A stretch of DNA of 64,000 nt from an uncultured bacterium (GTDB lineage: Bacteria; Vulcanimicrobiota; Xenobia; Xenobiales; Xenobiaceae): NCBI GenBank assembly GCA_958366945.1, contig CATXCY010000002.1, positions 66,917 through 130,916 of the forward strand, read 5' to 3'. A model generated the notes under the pieces. That model was given only the letters and a program-made list of their open reading frames with translations. It had not been told where the DNA came from and searched no databases. A program made the translations under genes and the position numbers. Below, in pieces: positions 43,457 to 50,816 of the stretch (its first letter is position 1; the number at the start of each line of letters is the position of its first letter).

Positions 43457-44016
43457 GAGTGTTTGGCGTCGGCCGATGGTGGAAGCATTTGGGCAGCAAT
43501 TTCCAAGTAAGATGACGGCAGGCAACGCAAGGAGCAGGCTACTAACCAAGTATAAAGCGGAATATGGAAGATTTGAGCCGGTAGGGAAGCCCAACTTATA
43601 TAGCGCCAAGTGGTAAACCAATTGGGAGTTGGTTGGAATAGTATGTGCTGGAAGAGCGGAACCAAAAAGAACTTGGTTAGCAATTGACTTGCAGCAATAA
43701 CCCCAAAGAGGCGCCACCAAGAGCGCGGCTGCCTACCCAATAATTTCGCTGGCAAATAGCCAGTTAAGCCTTGGGTAAGAGTGAAGCCGGGAAAATAAGG
43801 GCCGCTAGGAAAAATAACCCAGCCCAAGATGTCGCTAATGGCGCCTACCCAAAAACCGGCTTTGGGTCCCAAAAAGAAACCGGATAAGATAATGGGAAAA
43901 GCGACAAACCTAAAGAAGCCGTGCATAATCGGCGGGGCGGGCAGGGCTCTTAAGGCTAAGGTTATGGCTATAAAAGCAGCCATATAAGTAATTGTTGAAG
44001 TTTTATAAGCAGACAA
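43447..44016 (-). CDS. ECF transporter S component, folate (FolT)-like
   Basis: 6 TM. ILSGFFLGPKAGFWVGAISDILGWVIFPSGPYFPGFTLTQGLTG matches the folate-family S-component pattern. TTG at 44016 or ATG 11 codons downstream. Confidence 0.65.
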   Translation of the reverse strand: MSAYKTSTITYMAAFIAITLALRALPAPPIMHGFFRFVAFPIILSGFFLGPKAGFWVGAISDILGWVIFPSGPYFPGFTLTQGLTGYLPAKLLGRQPRSWWRLFGVIAASQLLTKFFLVPLFQHILFQPTPNWFTTWRYISWASLPAQIFHIPLYTWLVACSLRCLPSSYLEIAAQMLPPSADAKHSKK

Positions 44017-44181
44017 AGAATTTATGACATTTTAATTCCCGATGGGAAACAAATTTTTTTATTATATCTTAATTAGAAGTAAGGGGAAACAGCTTTGTGA
44101 CTTGTAAATAAAAGCTCACGTAGTTACCGAATAAATATTGTGCAAATTAGAGCATAAACAAATAAGCTGAGAGCGTATAGC

Positions 44182-45834
44182 ATGAATTCTTTCTACTCAA
44201 AAAGATGGCTTCTGCTTTGTGTGGCCATAGCTGGAACCGCCTTGAGCCTTACTCAAGCCGGTAGCTGTTCGCCTGAAGCAGAAAGTGTACCTGCCCGAAG
44301 TGTTAGCGCTTCTTCGGGGACGACGAGCGGTGCAATAACTTTTGAAGCTGACAAAGCTGGAAAAAGTGTTCGCGAGCAATATAAGTCCGTAATGCAGGTC
44401 GATCAAAAAAAATTGGAACGGCTGAGAAAAGAAGCTTCTATTCCTGAAGACGCAGCTCCGCTGACTTTATTTCAAGCTGAAGAGTATGCTTTGAAATATA
44501 GTCCTACTTTGCAATCGAGCAAATATGCAGCCATGGTTTCCCACGAACAATTGGGCCAATGGCTTAGCAATATTTACCCTTCTATTTCTTTTTCGGCCGG
44601 TTTTACTCATAGTGGTATGTTTGTCAGCCAAAATGAAAGCACTATGACTGATCCCACTACTGGCCAGACTATTAAAGTGGCTTCCGGAGGTAACAGCCGT
44701 TCCAGCAGTCGAGTCAATGCCGGCATTACGGCCAGTCAAACTCTTATAGATTTGAGCCGTCGTCCGCGTCTGCGCCGTGCCGAATTGGCCGAAGCTTCAG
44801 CGTTAGCCGATTTAGAAAGTCAACGCCAGCAAGTATTACTCGATGTACGCAAGGCTTGGTTCGCTTGTTATATCGACCAAACTTTGCTGATGATTGCCTT
44901 AGACAATGCGCAAAATCGTGAAATTCGTTTAAACGAAGCTCGCCAGCACTATGAAACTGGCACTAAAGCCAAAGCTGACGTAGTGTCTGCCGAAGCCGAT
45001 TTAGCTTCAGCTCAACACGAAGTAGTGAAGGCTAAAACCCAACTTATGATAGATTGGGTTGCGCTCAATGTGAGTATGGGTCGCTCTGAGGACGCTCCCT
45101 ATCAATTGACTTTGGATCCTTATTGGGAACACTTAGGAGAACTCGATTCTGACAAGTTATTAAAAACAGCTTTGGCCAACCGTTCTGAGTTGCTCAATTG
45201 TCAAATCGCGTTGCGTTCTGCCTTAAACGAATTGGACGTAATTCGTACCGATGGTTATCCTACTTTACGGGCTAGCGCCAACGTGGGAGGCAGCGGCTCT
45301 CTTTCACCTTTTGAAGGCAACTGGAGCGTAGGATTGAGCCTTAATTGGTCTTTATTCGATGGATATTTGCGCAAATATGAAGAGAGTGCCCAGAAGATAA
45401 AAGCTAGAGCCTTGGCTGAAGATTTTCAGAATCAGCGCTTAAAAATTTTCCAAGAAGTAAAAAGCGCTGAAGTGTCTTTGCGTCAGTCTGAAGCTTCTAT
45501 CGCCTCAGCTGAAGCTGCTATGGCTTCGGCTCAAGAAAAGTATCGCTTAGCTGCTGCCCGTTATAAAGTCGGCGTAGGCACCAGCGTAGAAGTTTCCGAT
45601 GCTGAAGTTAGCTTATCCCAGGCTCAAGTCAATTATGCTTCTGCTTTAAACGATTTGCGCATTGCCAAAGCCGTAATGATAAAAGCTTTGGGCGTAGACG
45701 ATATGGATAATTTGCCTGAGCTTAAAGAAGAAATAAGTTTAGATTCCGTTCCGGAGCTTCCGCAAATATTTGATAGCGGTGCTTCGGCAGAAAAAATAAA
45801 AGCTGAATTCCCAAGCCTTAGAGAGGAAAAATAA
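44182..45834 (+). CDS. TolC-family outer-membrane efflux protein
   Basis: Signal peptide and two repeated alpha-barrel halves with typical TolC motifs (LTLFQAEEYALKYSPTL, LNELDVIRTDGYPTL, VGVGTSVEVSDAEVSLSQAQ). Confidence 0.85.
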   Translation: MNSFYSKRWLLLCVAIAGTALSLTQAGSCSPEAESVPARSVSASSGTTSGAITFEADKAGKSVREQYKSVMQVDQKKLERLRKEASIPEDAAPLTLFQAEEYALKYSPTLQSSKYAAMVSHEQLGQWLSNIYPSISFSAGFTHSGMFVSQNESTMTDPTTGQTIKVASGGNSRSSSRVNAGITASQTLIDLSRRPRLRRAELAEASALADLESQRQQVLLDVRKAWFACYIDQTLLMIALDNAQNREIRLNEARQHYETGTKAKADVVSAEADLASAQHEVVKAKTQLMIDWVALNVSMGRSEDAPYQLTLDPYWEHLGELDSDKLLKTALANRSELLNCQIALRSALNELDVIRTDGYPTLRASANVGGSGSLSPFEGNWSVGLSLNWSLFDGYLRKYEESAQKIKARALAEDFQNQRLKIFQEVKSAEVSLRQSEASIASAEAAMASAQEKYRLAAARYKVGVGTSVEVSDAEVSLSQAQVNYASALNDLRIAKAVMIKALGVDDMDNLPELKEEISLDSVPELPQIFDSGASAEKIKAEFPSLREEK

Positions 45835-47414
45835 TGAAGCGGATTCTGATAATTTTAATCATTGTCGCCATTGCTGTGGGCGGGGGATTCCTGTTCATGC
45901 GTTCGCGCAGTGCTAACGATAAACAAGTTTTCAGAACTAAGCCTGTAAGCAAAGGCACCATTCAGTCGGTGGTGACGGCTACTGGCGAACTTACGGCCGT
46001 AACCGCTGTCGATGTTGGTTCTGAAGTTTCAGGCGTAATCGATAAAATTTATGTCGAGCACAACTCAAAAGTAAAAAAAGGCCAAATCTTGGCTCAAATT
46101 AACCCTGAAACTTTGCAAGCGCAAGTTGACAAAGCTGAAGCCAGCTTGGCTCGTTATCGCTCTTCTTACGATAATGCCGTCTCTAAAGCCGACAATTCCA
46201 AAGCTTCTGTCAAAAAAGCTGAGGCTTCTTTACTTTCCCAGCAAGCTCAAGCTAAAAAGAGCCAAGCGGCCGTGGAAAATGCTCGAGCTAATGTCTCCAA
46301 TTCTCAAGCCAATTTCCACACTGCCAAAGCCAATTTGGCTAAGAGTGAAGCCGAATATGCCAATGCCAAAGCCAATTACGAGCGTTGGAATAAGCTTTTT
46401 GTTCAAGATTTAGTCTCACGCAGCGAGCGCGACGATGCTTACACTTCTATGCTGACTAGTAAAGCCTCGGTTGAAGCTTCCAAAGCTGGCTTAGACGCGG
46501 CCAACGCCTCTCTCAAGAGTGCTCAAATTGATTTGCAATCGGCCCTGATTAGTTACGAAGGTGCCCAGGCCGATGTAGAAGCAGCTCGCATTCAGGTGGA
46601 GGCGGCTCGCGATGATGCTGCCGCTTCTGAAGCTTCAGTAACAGGTGCTGCTGCTGACGTCAAACAAGCTGAAGCCAGCTTAAATTCAGCTAAAGTAGAT
46701 TTAAGCAAGACTAGCATCACTTCGCCTATTGACGGCATTGTGCTTAGCATTGAAGTTTCCGAAGGTCAAACGGTAGCTTCTCAATATCAAACTCCTGAAT
46801 TATTTAAGTTGGCCCAAAACTTAGACTCTATGCAAGTTGAAGCTACTGTGGATGAAGCCGATATCGGTCAAATTCACGTTGGTGATAAAGCTAGTTTTAC
46901 TGTCGATGCTTGGCCCGACAAGATCTTCCAAGGCAAAGTTCAAGAAGTGCGTAAGGCCGCTGAAACGACCAATAATGTAGTAACTTTCCCAGTTATTATT
47001 GCCACTAACAACCCTGATATGTGCCTTATTCCAGGTATGACTGCTACAGTTAATATCCAAACTTTAAAACATAGCGATATTCTTCTGGTGCCTAGTGCCG
47101 CTTTGCGCTTTAAACCCAGCGAGGCTGTGAACATTTCTGGCACAGACAATAAAGCTGCCGAGGAAGTAGCTAGTACTTCTACTAGTGGCGATATTGTTGA
47201 AAAGAAAGCTATTCGCGTCCTTTATATAGAGGATAAAGACGATCCCACCGGATTGGTACGTATAGAAGTAACGACAGGATTAACTGACGGTACCAATACG
47301 GAAGTAGAGTCCCCTGATTTGAAGGAAGGAGATTTGGTCGTAGTGGGCAGCACCGACAAGAGCTTGGTAAAATCAAGCAACCGTAATAAGAAACGTGGCG
47401 GCCCTCCCTTCTAA
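45834..47414 (+). CDS. HlyD/MacA-type periplasmic adaptor with an extended coiled-coil hairpin
   Basis: TAATG overlap with the TolC-like gene. N-terminal TM and lipoyl-like half motifs (VSGVIDKIYVEHNSKVKKGQILAQI, ITSPIDGIVLSIEV). The coiled coil is ~190 aa and rich in Ala/Ser/Lys/Gln. Confidence 0.85.
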   Translation: MKRILIILIIVAIAVGGGFLFMRSRSANDKQVFRTKPVSKGTIQSVVTATGELTAVTAVDVGSEVSGVIDKIYVEHNSKVKKGQILAQINPETLQAQVDKAEASLARYRSSYDNAVSKADNSKASVKKAEASLLSQQAQAKKSQAAVENARANVSNSQANFHTAKANLAKSEAEYANAKANYERWNKLFVQDLVSRSERDDAYTSMLTSKASVEASKAGLDAANASLKSAQIDLQSALISYEGAQADVEAARIQVEAARDDAAASEASVTGAAADVKQAEASLNSAKVDLSKTSITSPIDGIVLSIEVSEGQTVASQYQTPELFKLAQNLDSMQVEATVDEADIGQIHVGDKASFTVDAWPDKIFQGKVQEVRKAAETTNNVVTFPVIIATNNPDMCLIPGMTATVNIQTLKHSDILLVPSAALRFKPSEAVNISGTDNKAAEEVASTSTSGDIVEKKAIRVLYIEDKDDPTGLVRIEVTTGLTDGTNTEVESPDLKEGDLVVVGSTDKSLVKSSNRNKKRGGPPF

Positions 47415-47427
47415 GCGATAAAAGATT

Positions 47428-48645
47428 ATGAGTTGGTTTATGATTATGCGCATTGCAGGCTTAGCTCTGCTGCGCAATAAGATGCGTTCCTTCCTGACAA
47501 TGTTGGGCATTATTATCGGCGTTTCTACCGTTATTACTATGGTAGCGCTTGGTACTGGTACGCAAAATTCCATTCAGTCCAGCATTGCCAATTTGGGAAC
47601 CAATACTATTACAGTTTCTGCCTGGTCTGTACGCCAAGGAGGTGCCCGCAGCGGCGCTTACGGAAGTTCGCGCCTTACTGTTCAAGATAGCGAAGCTATT
47701 CACGAAGCTGTGCCCGATTTGGCCCAGGTCAGCCCTATTACCCAAAATACTGCCCAGGTAATTTTTCAGGAGCAAAACTGGTCGACTACGGTAGTGGGCT
47801 GTGCCGAAGGCTACCAAGCTATAAAAAGTTGGAATTTAACCAGAGGCCGTTTCATTACTGATGAAGATGTGCGCGGTCGCGTAAAGGTGTGTGTCTTGGG
47901 CGCTACCGTAGCTGACGAATTGTTCGCTAGTGCCAACCCTATAGGTCAGAGCGTGCGTATTAACAAAACGCCTGTTTTAGTTGTGGGTGTATTGGAAGCT
48001 AAAGGTGATGGAGGCTTTGGCCCCAGTCAAGACGATACGGTTTTGGTGCCCTATACTACAGCTATGTATCGTCTGTTCAGCTTGCGTTATTTGCGCAATA
48101 TCCAATGCTCGGCCAAAAGCGAAGATGTAGTTGATAGTTGTGTCGACGACATTACCGCTTTATTGCGTGCTCGTCACCGTTTACAAGACAGTGATGAAGA
48201 TGATTTTAGGGTAAATACTCAAGCAGAATTAGCCAGTATGATGGCCGAATCTACTCAGACGTTTACTCTTTTCCTGGGCGGTATTGCCTCAGTTTCATTG
48301 CTTGTAGGTGGTATCGGCATTATGAATATTATGTTGGTATCCGTTACTGAGCGAATACGTGAAATCGGTATTCGTATGGCCTTGGGAGCTAAAGGAAGCG
48401 ACATTTTGCGTCAATTCTTGGTTGAGTCGCTAATGTTGAGTTTAGTAGGTGGTGTGATAGGCGTAATTTTAGCTTTTATCTTAACTACTTTAGCTTCGAA
48501 GTTTATGTCTATGAGTATGCAAATTTCGCCTGCAGCTATTGTAATGGCTGTGGTCTTCTCGGCTACAGTAGGTGTTTTCTTCGGACTTTATCCTGCCGTA
48601 CAAGCTTCTAAGCTCGATCCTATTCAGGCCCTACGCCATGAATAG
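47428..48645 (+). CDS. MacB/FtsX-type ABC transporter permease (no fused ATPase)
   Basis: 405 aa. TM1 plus a periplasmic MacB_PCD-like domain, then the FtsX triple TM (GGIGIMNIMLVSVTERIREIGIRMALGA). Ends with LDPIQALRHE. Confidence 0.85.
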   Translation: MSWFMIMRIAGLALLRNKMRSFLTMLGIIIGVSTVITMVALGTGTQNSIQSSIANLGTNTITVSAWSVRQGGARSGAYGSSRLTVQDSEAIHEAVPDLAQVSPITQNTAQVIFQEQNWSTTVVGCAEGYQAIKSWNLTRGRFITDEDVRGRVKVCVLGATVADELFASANPIGQSVRINKTPVLVVGVLEAKGDGGFGPSQDDTVLVPYTTAMYRLFSLRYLRNIQCSAKSEDVVDSCVDDITALLRARHRLQDSDEDDFRVNTQAELASMMAESTQTFTLFLGGIASVSLLVGGIGIMNIMLVSVTERIREIGIRMALGAKGSDILRQFLVESLMLSLVGGVIGVILAFILTTLASKFMSMSMQISPAAIVMAVVFSATVGVFFGLYPAVQASKLDPIQALRHE

Positions 48646-48671
48646 TGGTAAAAAATAGTTTGTGAAGCTAT

Positions 48672-48718
48672 AAATAAAAGAGCTCTACTCGAATAATTCG
48701 GGCAGAGCTCTTTTATTT
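48672..48718. terminator. Bidirectional rho-independent terminator
   Basis: Perfect 15-nt inverted repeat: aaataaaagagctct (48672-48686) and agagctcttttattt (48704-48718). Confidence 0.75.
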
Positions 48719-48730
48719 ATGTTGGATCTT

Positions 48731-49114
48731 TTATTCTACTTCCAAACGGATTTTCATAGAATTAGTGCGTTTGTGGCCGCTAGTTTGAGCGAAATGCAAC
48801 TCGCCTGAACCTCTGGCGTTGCTGCTGGAAGAATCGAAATAAAAGACTTTGCATCCGTTTTCCGGATCGTCGTCAGAGGGCTGCTGGAATTTCTCAACGC
48901 CGGCTAAGGGAAAATGCTTGCTGGTGCGAGTGAGTTCAGTTTCGATAGAAGTTTCTCCGCCAGTTGGAAATTCGATTCCGAACAGGCCGGTATCATAGTC
49001 TATCTCTAAGATTCCAGGTCGTGCAGGGTAAATGCGTCCTTTTTTCTTCAGCTCTTTGTAAAGGGGTGAAGGAGGACGGTGTAGAGTAGGGACGGATAGG
49101 GGGGTGGCCGACAA
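48731..49114 (-). CDS. Hypothetical protein
   Basis: 127-aa ORF between a terminator and the radical SAM gene. No motif recognised with confidence (ILEIDYDTGLFGIEF is faintly DUF2283-like). Confidence 0.35.
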   Translation of the reverse strand: MSATPLSVPTLHRPPSPLYKELKKKGRIYPARPGILEIDYDTGLFGIEFPTGGETSIETELTRTSKHFPLAGVEKFQQPSDDDPENGCKVFYFDSSSSNARGSGELHFAQTSGHKRTNSMKIRLEVE

Positions 49115-49219
49115 GTTATGCCTCCGGCATATATTATTAACCGATTTAGTCAGTTTAACTATAAAGCCAAACTATATAGAATCGGCTGAAGTTTTTGAGT
49201 AATTCTTTGAAGGAAGTAC

Positions 49220-50608
49220 TCAAGTAGTTTGGTTTTGAGGAGTGCGTTTAGTTTGTTTGGCCCACCAGCGCTCGCGCTCGATATTAGCTTCAGAGCCTGA
49301 CTCATGCAAGCCTATATCGACAGCTAGCTCACCTTTGCCGCAATAGCTTCCTATTTTCCTATCAACGTTAAGAGGATCGCAAGCCGTAATATAGCCTATA
49401 AGTAAGGGAGCGTTGGGAAGTTGGCGTAAATTCCACCCCAACTTCAGACGGATAAACAAACTAAAAAAGTCGGGCAGTAGTTTCAACGCTTTGAAACTCA
49501 GCAAGGAGAAACATAAGCGCAGGAACCACAGGATCTTATCTAGAGATGTCTTCGCTTGAGGGAGCATATCCAACACAGGCTCAACTTTTTGCCAATTTAC
49601 AAAATCGGAAATTGGTAAAAATTGCTTGTTGTGCCTGATTAAAAGGTTATGTTGTACGTATAGACATTTACGTACGCCCAAGAAAGACAGCAAAGCAAAG
49701 TAAAGCTTCTGGAAATAGAAACACTCTTGTCTGGGACATAGGCCTCCGCTTTGTTCATATACTAAGTCTATGACTTGATCGGGCATAAGCAAAGAATCGC
49801 TTTGGCGGAAATAGCCCAGAGCACGAGTTCCTAAGAACATTACTTCGCGTATAAAGGTGTGATTTTTGGCATAGTCGAGCACTTTACCAATTTCATGCTC
49901 GTTGCATTGGGGCATTACTACCATGACCAAACTGGTCGCTATGCCAAGTTCTTCCAAATTTTTCAAAATCTTCAGCTTAATATGGGTAAGACGGGCACCT
50001 CTTATGCGCATATAGGCTTCGTCATCGAAACCATCAAACTGAAGAAAAACTTCGTCTAAGCCGGCTTCTTTCAAAGATTTTGCGTAGCCGGGATCGGCCA
50101 ACTTAAGGCCATTAGTGTGCAAAGAAGCAATATGGCCATGTTTGCGAATTTCTTGCAAAAATTGAGGCAAATCTGGACAAAGTGTCGGCTCGGCAGATAT
50201 TAAATCTATTTTTAACTTGCGCCCCTTATGGCGATCCATAAAAGCAACTAATTGTTCCAATTTAAGATCGGGAACGGGCGGAGGAGTTTCTTTGGCATTG
50301 GATTCGGCACTAGCTAAGCAAATTGGGCATTGCAAATTGCATTTCTCTGTCATGCGAATAAGGTAATCGCGTTGCCTCAATTCTTTGTTTTGCATTACCG
50401 AAAAGAAATAACGATCCAAAGGCGCATAATAATTGGCATGCTCAGAAAGTAAACACTGGAAATGTCCATGCTCAGGACACTCTTTGTAAAGGTATACTTT
50501 CCCTTCGGCTTCCACTACTTTGGCAAGCACATCCTTTAAACAAATAGGACATACGGAATAGGTGCTGCGTATTGGTTTCGGCTCAGTGCACATTATGAAA
50601 AATCCCAA
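49220..50608 (-). CDS. Radical SAM protein with an N-terminal Cys-rich (rubredoxin/Zn-ribbon-like) domain, Tes/GDGT-MAS (MJ0619)-like
   Basis: CxxxCxxC (CNLQCPIC) is preceded by CPICLKDVLAKVVEAEGKVYLYKECPEHGHF. The C-terminal third is hydrophobic. TTG at 50608 or ATG at 50593. Confidence 0.75.
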   Translation of the reverse strand: MGFFIMCTEPKPIRSTYSVCPICLKDVLAKVVEAEGKVYLYKECPEHGHFQCLLSEHANYYAPLDRYFFSVMQNKELRQRDYLIRMTEKCNLQCPICLASAESNAKETPPPVPDLKLEQLVAFMDRHKGRKLKIDLISAEPTLCPDLPQFLQEIRKHGHIASLHTNGLKLADPGYAKSLKEAGLDEVFLQFDGFDDEAYMRIRGARLTHIKLKILKNLEELGIATSLVMVVMPQCNEHEIGKVLDYAKNHTFIREVMFLGTRALGYFRQSDSLLMPDQVIDLVYEQSGGLCPRQECFYFQKLYFALLSFLGVRKCLYVQHNLLIRHNKQFLPISDFVNWQKVEPVLDMLPQAKTSLDKILWFLRLCFSLLSFKALKLLPDFFSLFIRLKLGWNLRQLPNAPLLIGYITACDPLNVDRKIGSYCGKGELAVDIGLHESGSEANIERERWWAKQTKRTPQNQTT

Positions 50609-50816
50609 AAAAGCCAGCTAACTGGTGTATTTCAGAATGCTTTCCAGCCTGTACAAGGAATCCTGCCATTTAACTTTTATAAAATGTTTTTTTGACGATA
50701 GAGATCCTCAGCCTTGAAGTTGTGTTATATTAAGGCGTATTGGCTGTGCTTTAAAGGATATTTATGCGGCAAGCGGGGGAAATAAAGCTTGGCACCAGCC
50801 CAAGGACAATTTTTTT

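Noticed and set aside
44017-44181. Riboswitch (THF or preQ1) in the leader of the folate-type ECF S-component gene
   Set aside because: I found only a small hairpin (ttccc-atc-gggaa). I could not match the conserved cores of the THF or preQ1 riboswitches by eye. A covariance-model scan (Rfam) would be needed.
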